The notes under the pieces are model-generated. The model saw only the letters and a list, made by a program, of their open reading frames with translations, made no database searches and had not been told where the DNA came from. From an uncultured delta proteobacterium (GTDB lineage: Bacteria; Desulfobacterota; Binatia; UBA9968): a DNA stretch of 64,000 bases. A program made the translations under genes and the position numbers. Location of the stretch: contig CAVSHR010000002.1 in assembly GCA_963727625.1 (NCBI GenBank), positions 224,001 to 288,000 on the forward strand. The letters run 5' to 3'. Shown here one piece after another: positions 12,418 through 24,041 of the stretch (the first letter of the stretch is position 1; each line of letters begins with the position of its first letter).

Positions 12418-13345
12418 GTTAAATCGTCTATTCAAGACCTTCAATCCCGGGACCTCCAATGAGGTCAGAGCTCTTTGCGGGCTGGATCTTTCCATTGACG
12501 AAGGATCTTGGGTCGTCGTCATCGGCACCAACGGATCGGGTAAATCGACTTTGCTCAATGCGGTAGCGGGCACGGTCATGATCGACGCCGGAAGCATTCG
12601 TTTGGATGGTCGCGAGGTGACGCGCTGGCCGGAGCATCGCCGGGCGAAATTGATCGGCCGGGTTTTTCAAAATCCTTTCAGCGGTACCGCCGCTACCATG
12701 TCGATCGCGGAGAATTTTGCTCTGGCGACGCGCAGGGGGCAGTCCCGCGGCCTGGGTTGGGCCCTTCCCGCGCAACTGCGACGAAACTTAGGAGAACGGG
12801 TGGCACAGCTAAACCTCGGCCTTGAAGATCGACTGGATAACGTCATCGGTAGCCTGTCGGGAGGACAGCGCCAAGCCCTCACCTTGCTTATGGCGACCTG
12901 GCTTAAGCCACGATTGTTGCTCTTGGACGAGCACACCGCCGCGCTCGATCCCAAGAGCGCCGACCAGGTGATTCAACTGACCGAGGAGATCGTTTCGCGC
13001 GAGAAATTGACGACCCTCATGGTGACCCATTCCATGTTCCAGGCGGCCAACCTTGGCGACCGACTGATCATGGCGCATCGCGGCCAGATTATTTACGACT
13101 GCAGCGGAGCTGAGAAACGGCGCCTGCGCGCGGAGGATCTGATGGCCCGCTTCGAGGAGGTCAGGCGTAGCGACCGGCTAGATGAGAGCGCGGCGGAGAT
13201 GTTACAGAAAGCCTATATCAGCCGCTCACGCGATCCTGGTTTTCTGTTGGCACTAAAGGCTGAGCGGGCCAACACTTGTGCTGTACGGCCACGCCGCAAA
13301 CGAGTGATCGCGCGGCACAATGTCGGCAACAATTTTTTAAGTTGA
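12410..13345 (+). CDS. ABC transporter ATP-binding protein
   Basis: Walker A GTNGSGKST, LSGGQRQ, LLLLDEHTAALDP, MVTH; the tail after ~13220 may reflect a lost stop codon. Confidence 0.92.
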   Translation: MLELNRLFKTFNPGTSNEVRALCGLDLSIDEGSWVVVIGTNGSGKSTLLNAVAGTVMIDAGSIRLDGREVTRWPEHRRAKLIGRVFQNPFSGTAATMSIAENFALATRRGQSRGLGWALPAQLRRNLGERVAQLNLGLEDRLDNVIGSLSGGQRQALTLLMATWLKPRLLLLDEHTAALDPKSADQVIQLTEEIVSREKLTTLMVTHSMFQAANLGDRLIMAHRGQIIYDCSGAEKRRLRAEDLMARFEEVRRSDRLDESAAEMLQKAYISRSRDPGFLLALKAERANTCAVRPRRKRVIARHNVGNNFLS

Positions 13346-13423
13346 AAACAGAACGATAGAATCCGCCAAGGATGCAACGGAAGCACTGAACCGTGTAGGA
13401 AGCGGTGACTTACGAAAAATTTC

Positions 13424-15136
13424 ATGGCAAAACGGCCACCCAACCTAACCTACGGCGTGAAAGATAAACCGCCGCTGGGGACATCGATTCTCCTTGGCGT
13501 TCAGCATGTATTCGTCATTTCCGTCGGCTGGGTTTTCGTGATCGTCATTGTGACCGGAATGGGAGGAACGCCGGAACAGGCGGAGCAAGTCATCCAATTC
13601 TCGATGCTCGCTTCCGGAGTGGCAACGATATTACAAGCGCGGTCGAACAGCGCGCTCGGCTCCGGTTATCTATGCCCCATAAGCTGCGGGCCGGCCTACA
13701 TCAGTGCTTCGATTCTCGCCGGCAAGACTGGCGGCTTGCCGCTGATTTTCGGCATGACCGCGATCTCCGGCGTATTTGAGGCGCTGTTGTCGCGGATCAT
13801 GCAGCGCTTATGGGCTCTTTTTCCTCCAGAGGTCACTGGCCTGGTGGTCTCAATGGTGGGATTAGAACTGATCCATTTGGCCGTGCCGCGATTTGTCGGT
13901 TTCGATGCCTCTCATCCCAAAATGGATCCGCGTTCGATCATGGTTGCGCTCCTAACGCTCGCGGCGATGATTGGTCCTTCGGTGTGGAGCAAGGGAAACC
14001 TCAAGCTTTATCCGGTATTGTTGGGGATGGTGATCGGCTATCTAAGCGCGTACGCGGCCGGCCTGTTGGGTGAAACGCAGCTCCATAGAACCATGGCCGT
14101 TCCCCTTTTTAACCTGCCGCAGCGAATCGATCCCGGCTGGATGTTTAGCGCGGCACTGCTGCCCGCCTTTCTTATCGCTTCCTTGGCGTCGACGCTAAAG
14201 AGCGTCGGAGACCTGACGCTTTGTCAGAAAATCAACGACCTCGAATGGAAAAGAACGGAGATGAAGTCAGTCAGCGGTGGAATTCTCGCGGGTTCAATCG
14301 GCACGATGCTGGCCGGTATGCTGGGGGGCGCGGGACAGTCCACATTTTCAAGCAACGTGGGGCTTTCCATTGCAACCGGAGCCACCAGCCGTCATATCGC
14401 CACGCCTTGCGGCTTAATCCTGATTGTTCTGGCATTCTTCCCTAAGCTGGCGACCCTGTTTTCGATCATCCTGCGCCAGTAATGGGAGCGATTATGATTT
14501 ACGTGGCCTGTTTCATGATCGTCGGAGGGATTCAGGTCATTACCTCGCGCATGCTCGACGCGCGCCGAACCTTGTCGTGGGGATCGCCATGGTTTTTGGC
14601 CTCAGCGTCGAGATGGTACCCCAGCTGTACACTGATCTACCGGAAGTCCCATCGATATTGTTCGGCTCCGCCCTCTCGTTGGCGACCGTGATGGTTATTG
14701 TCCTCAATTTGTTGTTCCGCATCGGCGTCAAGACCCACGTTGAACTCCTGTTGGCTCCCCAGGACGTCGCAAGCGAGAAAATCTTTGCTTTCATGGAGAT
14801 CCAAGGCGGGACCTGGGGCGCACGAAAGGAAGTCATAAGCCGCGCCACATCTGCCATGAACGAATTTATCGAAGGGGTGCGCGCACTGGAACTGGCCAGG
14901 GGAGATATCAAAGTCGCCGCGTCCTTCGACGAGCTTAACTTGGACATAGACTTTCGTTACCGCGGTACGCTTATGGAATTTCCTCTGAAACGGCCTTCTG
15001 AGGATGAGCTGTTGGTAGACGAAAAATCGGTGGCCGGTCTTGCCGGCTTTCTCATTCGCCAGTACGCTAACAGGATAAAGACGGAAACCGTTAACGGGGA
15101 TTGCCGCTAAACTCCGCCTCTCATTTCGACCATTGA
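13424..15136 (+). CDS. NCS2 (xanthine/uracil) permease with a C-terminal degenerate RsbW/HATPase-like domain, frameshifted
   Basis: YGVKDKPP..LGVQH, ATILQ, FPPEVTG, STFSSNVGLSIATGATSR (NAT signature), FPKLA; soluble tail from ~14720 ending HFDH-stop. Confidence 0.85.
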
Positions 15137-15192
15137 GAAGTCATGGCCCGCCTTTTCTGCGCGCGCAAGGGTTTGAACGGAAGTCACCGCCG

Positions 15193-17622
15193 ATGGCAAG
15201 AATTCAAACTTTTAAGACCAAGATCCTGCTCCTGGTTCTGGTCGTTCTTCTCGCGGCAGCTGTCTTCCTGATTGTCCTTTCCAAGCGGCAGATCGAAAGC
15301 GGGCTTTATCGCGTTGAGCTACAAGCTGCCAGAGACGTGCTCTATCTTGTCTCGCAGACTATCGAGAATCAGTATCAAGACCTGATGGACCACAATCGCA
15401 GAGTCCTCGATTTGCGCAAAGAGGGCATGAAGAATCTCTCTGCACTGGTCGTCTGGACCATCGACCGCTTTTATGATCTTTCCAGGAAGGGATTATTGTC
15501 TGAAGATGAGGCCAAACGGCAAGCCCTTGAGCAGGTGAAAGCCTTTCGCTATGGGCACGACGATTATTTCTTCGTATACGACAAGGATTACACAGCCATC
15601 TCCCACCCCGACCCGCTCTTCATGGGCAAGAATCTTAAGGACTACAGAGATGCCAAAGGTCTGCTTGTCGTCCAGGAGCTGATGAAAGCCTCACGAGAAC
15701 CGGCAGGCGGCTTTGTTCCTTATTGGTGGAAAAGGTTAAACGAAGGGAAGCCCGTCAGAAAGGTGGGATATGCTGTCTTTTATCCCAAGTGGAAATGGAT
15801 GATCGGCACGGGGCTCTATATCGATGACCTCGACGAGGAATATCGAAGAAAACTCGACGCGATTGTGACGCAATTAAAAACTACTTTTTCGAAGATCAGA
15901 ACCGAAAAGGGCGCCTCGCTCTTTTTGTTTGACGGACAGGGGAAGTTGGTCATTCCTCCCGCCGGTTGGGGCGATGAGAGGCCGCGTTTAGAGGAATTGA
16001 TGAGCGCTGCCGGAACCCCCGACCGGCCCTTCCGCTATCTCGTGCAGCCCACGGGACCAAGCGCAAAAAAGGCCTGGAGGCAATCCTACGTCGTTCATTT
16101 TCAGCCGCTGGATTGGTACATCGTCGGCACCTTCGATGAGACTGAACTGGAGAAACCCGGCAAAGCTCTGATGCAAAGGGCCGTGGCTTTCACGCTGGTC
16201 GCCGCAGTGCTGGCCCTTGCGCTGGCCTACATCATCGCCGCGAAAGTCACGCGTCCCCTCAGCCAGCTCGCCGGATACGCCAAGAGCCTGCCGTCGCGGG
16301 AATTCCGGCCGGAACCCGACTCAGCCGTGCAGTCACTTTCCATCCGGGGCGACGAAGTCGGGAGGTTGGCGGAGGCGTTTTTATACATGCAGAAAATGCT
16401 TCAGAGTTATCTCGGCCACCTCGAAGAGACCACGGCAGCGAAAGAGCACATCGAGAGCGAGTTGAACATTGCCCACGATATCCAGATGAGCATGGTTCCC
16501 AAGACATTTCCGCCATTTCCCGACCGCAAAGAATTTGACATCTACGCAACGCTCATACCCGCGCGGGAGGTAGGCGGCGACTTCTACGATTTTTTCTTTA
16601 TCGAGGATCAGCGGCTCTGTTTCGCCATCGGAGATGTCTCCGGCAAGGGCGTGCCAGCGTCTCTTTTTATGGCGCTCACCAAGACTCTGTTCAGGGCCAC
16701 GGGAGGCCGCCAGAACGCCACGGCTGAGTTAATACTATCGCGGCTTAACGGAGAGATCTGCCGTGATAACGAGTCGTGTATGTTTGTAACGGTTTTCTGC
16801 GGCATCCTGGACGTCCGGACTGGCAAGTTGGAGTACGGCAATGCGGGCCATAACTTTCCCCTACGTTCTATCCAATGGAGTTGTAACTGCGCTGCCCAAG
16901 ACAGGGGGCATGGCCTTAGGAGTGACGGAATCGGTGGACTATCATGCTGGCGAGCTCCTGCTCAAGCCGGGGGACCAGTTGGTTTTGTATACGGACGGTA
17001 TAACCGAAGCGATGGACACGGAAAACCGGCTCTTTTCGGAAGACCGTTTGGAGAATACGCTGGAAAAAATCAACGGAGAAACAAGCAAAGGAGTGATTGA
17101 AACGGTTGTTAACGCGGTGCAGCGCTTCTCGGCTGGCGCTCCCCAATCAGACGATATTACGATGTTGGTTCTAAGGTTCATCGGGACCCATAAAGCTCAT
17201 GAAACAATTCTATCCGTCGGTTTGAAGAACGACCTCTCCGAACTCCAACGGTTAAATCAAATCGTGACCGAATTTGCCGAGCGCCATGCCATGGCTTCGG
17301 AGTTGGTGTTTCGGGTCAACCTCGTGTTAGAGGAAGTCATCGCCAACGTGATTTTTTACGGTTATGAGGGCAGTTCGGTGCATGACATCGCCGTGCGTCT
17401 CTGCTCGGACAATGCCTCATGTAGGGCTCGAGATCGAAGATGACGGGGTCCCTTTCAACCCCCTGGACGCTCCGTTGCCGGAAATAGACAAGGACCGCTC
17501 GCTAGAAAAAAGCGGCGCGAGTGGGAATTTACCTCGCGCGGGAAATGATGGACCAGATAGAATACCGACGCGTTAACGACAAAAATGTCTTGATTCTCAA
17601 GACTAAAGTTCGGGAGACATGA
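15193..17622 (+). CDS. Cache sensor-HAMP-SpoIIE (PP2C) phosphatase-RsbW-type kinase fusion, frameshifted
   Basis: Two TM helices, Cache motif YFFVYD...HP...KNL..DAKG, HAMP DEVGRLAEAF, EVGGDFYD, GDVSGKG, YTDGITEA, SDDIT, EEVIANV, EDDGVPFNP. Confidence 0.9.
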
Positions 17623-17625
17623 CCC

Positions 17626-17965
17626 ATGGAAATCACCGACGAACACAACGCTGAGGTGTTAAAGCATTCTATTGTTGGAAAATTCGGACGCTTCCACAGC
17701 GAAGGCTCTGGAGGATAAGCGTTTACCTCTACACGTAGCGGGCCAAGGCAATCTGCTCGTTAACTTGTCACAGCTCGATTACATGAGCAGCGCCGGATTG
17801 CGCGTATTTCATTGCGCCGCGAAACGCATCAATGAGGCAAACGGGAAATTTATTCTTTGCTCACTTCAGGCTGCGGTCAAACAGCTGTTCGATATCGCGG
17901 ACTCTTCTTGCTTACTCACCCGTACGACGTCGACCGAAGAGGCGATCAAGAATTTATTGAATTGA
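17626..17965 (+). CDS. STAS anti-anti-sigma-type protein, frameshift near the start
   Basis: LSQLDYMSSAGLRVF; paralogous to 32925..33263, with the same 3-nt spacing after the upstream stop. Confidence 0.85.
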
Positions 17966-18084
17966 GGAGTCAGTCCAGCAGGATGAACCGAGCCCGCAAG
18001 TTAGTTCCAGCGTCGGCTTCGACCGTTGATCAATGAAATGAATCTGCGGCGTCAGCCAACACCGCAAACAATCTTGAGGCATAA

Positions 18085-19417
18085 ATGGAAATTAGACACG
18101 AAATAAACCAGCAATTTCTGATCCTGCGTCTACAAGGAAGGCTGGACGCCTTCGGTTGCCAAAGAGCTCGACGCAGCATTGGAAGCAAAGAATCGCGATG
18201 ATCTCTTATGCGCTGTGATCGACATGGCTGGCGTAGACTACCTGAGCAGCGCCGGCCTGCGTGTTTTCCTTAAAGCGCAAAAAATATTCAACCAGCGTGG
18301 CGGCGCGGTCATCCTCACCTCTGTGCAGCCTTATTGCGCCTCAGTTCTTGAAATTTCCGGGTTTGCCCAAGCGTTGTCGGTTTTTCCGACCCTGGAGGAA
18401 GGCGTGGCATGCTCCGGCCGTCTGCTCAGAGACAGCTTATCCAAGCAAATGTGGCAGTCGGCGGAATCCGTTAATACCAGTTGCGGGAATTTCCGCATCG
18501 TCACTGCAACGGGCGGACAAGGCGCCATCGAGGTGTTAGGGGATATTGGGTCCGTATTGCATGCTCGGATCACGCCCGCCGATTTGTCTTCGAAGCGCTT
18601 CTTCCAAACCGAATACTCGATCGGGCTCGGCGGCCTCGGTGATCGGATCGATGACTATTTCAGTATTATGGGAGAAATGATCACAATCGGCGGGACCATG
18701 GTCTGGCTCCCCACGGACGGCCACGACACAGCGGACTTCCTGATTCCCAAAGTAGACACGGACGAAGTCACTCTAAAAACCGCTTTCAACGTTTCCATCA
18801 CCGGAGGCTTCGACGAATGGATGCTGTTCAAGAGCCATGACGACAAAGACACCACGGTCGATGGCCTTTACAAAGCGCTCTTTAAATCTCCGATGCAAGG
18901 CGCGGCTTGACCACAAAGGGATTCTTGGCCTCGCCGTGCGAGCGCAAATGTCTTCGGTCTTTGGTTCGGGAGTCGAAGGAGCGGAGGTTGACCGGTTCCA
19001 CCCTGCCGATGGGGAAATGATCACTGGCCCAATCATTTCCAAAATTGGTTTGATGCCGACACTGTGCCTCGGCACACGGACACGACGGTGCAGTTTTGTG
19101 GTATCGGCGCAGATTTAAAAACAGACTTATCCTCGTACGATCAGCGGCTGCTCAATTCGGTATTTTATCTCCATCCATCCAATCGGGGTAAACAGGACAT
19201 AATGCTCCACAATCATGCAGTTATATTTCAGCGAGCTGCCGATTTCGAGCGAGCCGGCTTCGCTCGAGACCGAGATCAGCAGTGTCGTGGAAGACAAGGG
19301 AGTTGCGACATGCGCCATCTGCTGGATCGCTCGACCCTCACCCAGGCGGTCATCGGCATCAGTTATATTCAAAATTTTCGTAAGGATCCGAACGGTGAGC
19401 GGACATCGTCACGGTAA
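18085..19417 (+). CDS. STAS domain fused to an ALDC-like HxH domain (divergent paralog 2), frameshifted
   Basis: LQGRLDA, VDYLSSAGLRVFL; SIGLGGLG, MGEMITIGG..WLPTDG, LHNHAVIF, MRHLLD. Confidence 0.75.
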
Positions 19418-19460
19418 AATCCCATTGTCGATCATTACGGCTCTGATCTCTCATAGCTGG

Positions 19461-19529
19461 CGTTCCAATCGTTTCAATGGTTCCATAAGTTTGAACATTT
19501 GGAACTGAAACCACTGGAACACTTGGAAC
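19461..19529. repeat. short imperfect inverted repeat of (G)TTCCAA / TTGGAAC units
   Basis: cgttccaatcgtttcaatggttcca ... ttgaacatttggaactgaaaccactggaacacttggaac. Confidence 0.5.
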
Positions 19530-19899
19530 CTACTGACGGAGATCCGGGGTCAGAGAAGACGGATTCCTGTCCTGGAGCTGATTGCCGAGGTTCCTTAATA
19601 GCTAAACAATAAGCTCAAAAAGGTTCGTGATAGATAACAGGAGGGATTTTTCATCTGGATCGAGTTGATTTTCTCTCGCTAGATAGGTCTTGCGAATTTT
19701 ATCCATCAGGCTACCGTCGGTCCGACGTGATCTTTACGAGGGTGTCCACACCGCCTTTGTTCTGAGTTTCCGTTGCATCCACCGCCGTTAAAAAATGGCA
19801 TCGAGACCTTCGATGAAATGCAAAAAAAGCTCTTTCAAATTATCCGAGCAATTTGAGCCGTTCATTGAACCCGCGAGCCTATAGACAGTATCTTCAATC

Positions 19900-20591
19900 G
19901 CGTTCTGGTCCTGCGAACGGAGGGTGGTGGGCAAGGCCGAGTACTTGGCCAAAGGCGAAAATCCCCGCTTTATCGTCGCCTCGATTAAAACGAACAAATC
20001 GATGCCCGCGCTCTTTACGAAGATTTCTATTTTGCCCGTGGCGAGATGGAAAATCGGATCAAAGAACAACAACCGGATTTGTTTGCCGATCGGACCTCAA
20101 CCTCGTGGATGAGGTCCAACCAACTGCGGCTTTACTTCTCCTCGTTCGCTTATATCTTGGTGCATGGGCTATGTCTGTTAGGGCTAGAAGGAACCGAGTT
20201 GGCTAAAGCTCAATGCGATACGATTCGGCTTAAGTTGTTTAAAATCGGTGCGCAGATCCGAGTCAGTGTTCGCAAGGTGTGGATCTCGTTTAGCCTATCC
20301 GCATCTCGACCTGTTTCAACAGGTGCTTTTACGGCTCCAACAAATCCCTTTACGTTGTTACCCCAGCCGATCCGGATTGAAGCTAGATTTGACGGGGCCG
20401 CAAGCGGGCCAATGGAGAAATCTTGCCAGAGAGCCAAAACGTGCCGGCACCAACGGGCCGTGTGGCCGCTACAAGACTTCACTGTGCCACGATTTTTTGA
20501 TGGGCCGACATCCCTCGCCTTTGATCTATCCCCAACCCTCGCTTCCCTAAACTCAATTCCCCCACGCTATCCATCTTGTGAAAAATCCAGG
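19900..20591 (+). mobile_element. IS1380-family transposase 3' remnant with right end
   Basis: RVVGKAEYLAKGENPRFIV, RGEMENRIKEQQ.DLFADRTS, NQLRLYFSSFAY, TIRLKLFKIGA; putative terminal IR GTGAAAAATCCAGG at 20578-20591. Confidence 0.85.
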
Positions 20592-20717
20592 CTAATGATC
20601 CCGCCCTTGCGGTTCCTTCACGATTACTCGTGGTTTGTGGGGTTCGCGACCGGGGGAGGAGCTTGCCTCGGACTCATGTGGTGTCTGCCCGTGCCTTCGG
20701 AGATGCCGGAAGTGTAG
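20592..20717 (+). pseudogene. C-terminal remnant of an NCS1-type nucleobase permease
   Basis: IPPLRFLHDYSWFVGFATGG resembles the NCS1 C-terminal LYDYAWFVGF motif; begins right at the IS1380 end. Confidence 0.55.
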
Positions 20718-21038
20718 AGTGAAGCGGGCGGCGCGTAGCCAGGCTACGACGACTGGCATCAGGCATTGCGCAAGTCGCACAGAGTTGCTTTTGCACGCTG
20801 CGACTCTTGACCTCAATAAAGTAACATTTAACATTTAAAAAGTAGGCAGTGCATCTTGCGGCAAGGCGTAGCATACACGGCTTACCGGCAACCGAGGCCG
20901 CTGTCGAATCCCTATTCATCCGGCGGTATGATGGAATGCTGTCTAACGGCATGGAGTAATTGATTGCGCAAATTGGATCGACGCTATCCATAGATAGCGT
21001 TTCCGCAGAGTGATTACTTTTCTCTTGCCAATAGGTCA

Positions 21039-22256
21039 ATGGACGTACTTCATAAATCGGTCGACGGTCATGAACAGATCCGCCTGCGAGGGCGTTTGGA
21101 CGGAAATTGGGCTGACTTTCTCTCGGATCGGCTCGAGGAGATAACCCGTGTCGGAGGAACCGATTTTCGGCTCGACATGGCTGAGGTCGAATATCTGAGT
21201 TCGGCCAGCATTCGGGTTCTGCTCATCCACTACCAGCGGCTTGCTTCGCGCAACGGCCGGCTCACGATCAGCAAGGCGTCGAACCCCGTGCGCAATGTAC
21301 TTCGGGCAGTCGGACTGGAGGAGCTGCTAAGCCTGCGGGAAACTCGGGCTGCGCCTGTAAAGTCGCAGGATTTGGTTCACAAGGACGCGATCTTTAGTGT
21401 TGTCGCCTGCTCCCACGGCCAAGGGATGTTAGGCGAGATCCACGGTGATTTCACGGCATTTGGCAACGGTCCCATTAATATAAACCAGTGCCGACCCGTG
21501 CCCTACCCAAAAGGAACCTTTGGGCTAGGCTTAGGCGGACTGGGAGCGAGCTTCAACGACGCCAGAGAGCGGCTGGGGGAATTCATCGCGGTCTCCGGCA
21601 CTGCAGTTGTAATGCCGACGGACGGTAGCAGGGTTGCCGACTATTCGGCTGCCGCAGGCGATTTGGTCCCCACGGTCATCAGCCCTTACGCACTGAAGGC
21701 CACCGGCGAATTTTCGCACACCGTGCGTTTCCAGAGCCAAACGGCAGGCGATACTGTTGCGTTGCCTCGGATCGCCGAGGCCATGACGCTGTTGGCTGGT
21801 TCCGAAACAGTGGCCATGGTCATGATCGCCGTGTCCGCAGGCCTGGTGGGCGCGTCACTGAGGGTCTCGCCGGCCGGGGCGGGATACTCCGGTGCTGCGT
21901 TCGATGTTTCCAGCGTTCGACGGCTCTTGCGTGTCACCACAGAGCCGGTCCATCGGGACGGCTTGGCCTTAGTCGTCGGCATCGCCACGCTAAACGCCAG
22001 TCCGGGAGTTGCGCCGATGATCCGCCCTCTGGCGGGCACCGCCGGCCTCGGTGGACATTTTCATGCGGCCTGCCTGAGCTATCACCCATTACCCGGGGAC
22101 GACACGGAGCTCGCAGAGGCCTTACGGCAATTGTTGGCAGTCACCCGCATTTCCGATGTCCTTCATTTGCTGGACGATGTTCGGCCGGGCCAAGGTTTGG
22201 GAAGCAGCCGGTTCGAGCACGGTGTGTGCTGGGTGGCGCCGCTGCACATTGCATAA
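21039..22256 (+). CDS. STAS domain fused to an ALDC-like HxH domain (paralog 3, intact, 405 aa)
   Basis: GRLDG, VEYLSSASIRVLL; FGLGLGGLG, LGEFIAVSG..VMPTDG, GGHFHAACLSY, VLHLLDD. Confidence 0.85.
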   Translation: MDVLHKSVDGHEQIRLRGRLDGNWADFLSDRLEEITRVGGTDFRLDMAEVEYLSSASIRVLLIHYQRLASRNGRLTISKASNPVRNVLRAVGLEELLSLRETRAAPVKSQDLVHKDAIFSVVACSHGQGMLGEIHGDFTAFGNGPININQCRPVPYPKGTFGLGLGGLGASFNDARERLGEFIAVSGTAVVMPTDGSRVADYSAAAGDLVPTVISPYALKATGEFSHTVRFQSQTAGDTVALPRIAEAMTLLAGSETVAMVMIAVSAGLVGASLRVSPAGAGYSGAAFDVSSVRRLLRVTTEPVHRDGLALVVGIATLNASPGVAPMIRPLAGTAGLGGHFHAACLSYHPLPGDDTELAEALRQLLAVTRISDVLHLLDDVRPGQGLGSSRFEHGVCWVAPLHIA

Positions 22257-22270
22257 GCGCGGGGACAACC

Positions 22271-23200
22271 TTGGGGCTGATTCTCAATTCTCTGACCATT
22301 GGTCTGATCCTGTCCTTCGTGGCGCTCAGCATCTATCTGACTTATGGCAACTTCCACTTCCCCGACCTGACCACCGACGGCGCCTTCACCCTGGGCGCAG
22401 CTTGTTCCGCCAAGCTGATGATCGCTGGCGTCGACCCTGTCAGCGCGACCTTGGCGGGCGCTCTTGCCGGCGCCGCGGGTGGTGCCTTGACCGGTATCCT
22501 TCACGTCGCCTTACGCTTTCCGCCCACACTCGCCGGTATACTGGTCATGACGGCGTTGTATTCGATCAACCTGCGGATCATGGGCCAAAGCAACTTGTCG
22601 CTCTATAACGTGACGACGCTCTACGATCTTGTATCTTGGGGCTTGTCCGGATTCATTGTGAACGAGCGATTGGACCTCTTCGGCCTGTCGCTACCGATCG
22701 ATGCCCTGGCGGAGCTGATTGTCACCACAGGGCTCGTGATACTGGGTGTTCTGTGCCTTCGCTTGCTGTTGTCGACCCGGGCCGGGACCATGATCCGTGC
22801 CGCCGGCGAAAACCCGCAAATGGTCCATTCGCTGGGCGTTAGCAGTCGCTCGATGCTGGCCCTTGCCGTGACGTTGGGCAACGCCCTGACGGGCTTGGCG
22901 GGCAGTTTGCTGGTTCAATATCAGGGCTTTGCCGATATCCAGATCGGAATCGGCATGGTCGTCTCGGGATTCGCCAGCGTGTTCATCGGAAGACTGCTCA
23001 TCGCCAACCGGGGACTTTCGGCAACCCTGTCCACCGTTGTCGTGGGTGCGGTGCTGTTCCGGCTGGCACTGGCCGCGGTGCTTTGGCTCGGCGTACCGTC
23101 GGAGGACCTAAAGGTTGTGATGGTGGCGCTCGTGGTCGCCGTGCTTGTCATCAGCGACGCGAGCCAGCGCCGGTCTCGGGCCGTGAAGAGAAGGCCCTGA
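22271..23200 (+). CDS. ABC transporter permease, paralog of 11468
   Basis: FPDLTTDGAF, LAGILVMTALYSINL, QYQGFADIQIGIGMVV; TTG start after a GGGGA RBS. Confidence 0.9.
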   Translation: MGLILNSLTIGLILSFVALSIYLTYGNFHFPDLTTDGAFTLGAACSAKLMIAGVDPVSATLAGALAGAAGGALTGILHVALRFPPTLAGILVMTALYSINLRIMGQSNLSLYNVTTLYDLVSWGLSGFIVNERLDLFGLSLPIDALAELIVTTGLVILGVLCLRLLLSTRAGTMIRAAGENPQMVHSLGVSSRSMLALAVTLGNALTGLAGSLLVQYQGFADIQIGIGMVVSGFASVFIGRLLIANRGLSATLSTVVVGAVLFRLALAAVLWLGVPSEDLKVVMVALVVAVLVISDASQRRSRAVKRRP

Positions 23201-23204
23201 TCCA

Positions 23205-24027
23205 ATGGCTCACTTGGAGCTAAAATCTGTGAACCTGGTGTACAATGCCGGCAGCGCGCATGAAATTCGGGCCCTGCAAGATATCAACCTCAGCGTGGAG
23301 CAGGGCGAGTCCGTCATCATCGTTGGAAGCAACGGCTCGGGTAAATCCTCCTTGATGGACGTGCTGTCGGGGACCGTTTCCTCTACCGCCGGCACGATCC
23401 ATCTGAAAGGACACGATATCACCCGATGGTCGGAACAACGCCGAGCAGCGCTCATCGGCCGGGTTTTCCAGAGTCCTTTCGCCGGCACAGCGCCCGGTCT
23501 GACGGTCATGGAAAACCTGGCGCTCGCAGCAAATCGGGGGCGATTCCCCGGTATGGCCCGATTGCTGACCAATGATATTCGCACCCAGGTCCCAGAGCGG
23601 CTCGCTCGGTTGCAAATGGGATTGGAGGAACGGCCGGAGGTGCCGGTCGGCAACCTGTCCGGCGGCCAGCGGCAAGGAGTCACGCTGCTCATGGCCACTT
23701 GGCGGCAACTGGAGCTGCTGCTGTTGGACGAGCACACCGCGGCCCTGGATCCGCACGCGGCGGAGCGCGTGCTTCGCCTCAGTGATGAGATCGTCCGCGA
23801 CGGACACCTAACCACGCTGATGGTCAACCCGCATCCATGTACCTAGGCCGTCAACCTAGGCGAAAGGCTACTACTTCTACATCGTGGGGTGATCGAGTTG
23901 GACCTTTCCAGATCCGAAAAGCAACGCCTGCGGGCCGACGAGCTGTATGCCTTCTTGGGCTAGCTCCGCCGGCGCGATCAAGATCGACGAAACAGTGGTC
24001 CAGATGATTGCACAGCAGTATGTCTAG
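23205..24027 (+). CDS. ABC transporter ATP-binding protein, 3' end disrupted
   Basis: GSNGSGKSS, LSGGQRQ, LLLDEHTAALDP; frame breaks at the H-loop near 23826 and homology to 12410 continues. Confidence 0.85.
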
Positions 24028-24041
24028 CCGATCCGAGACGC

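Noticed and set aside
19461-19529. Short repeats as a CRISPR array
   Set aside because: Units are 7-9 nt with no unique spacers and no cas genes; I saw no CRISPR array in the window.
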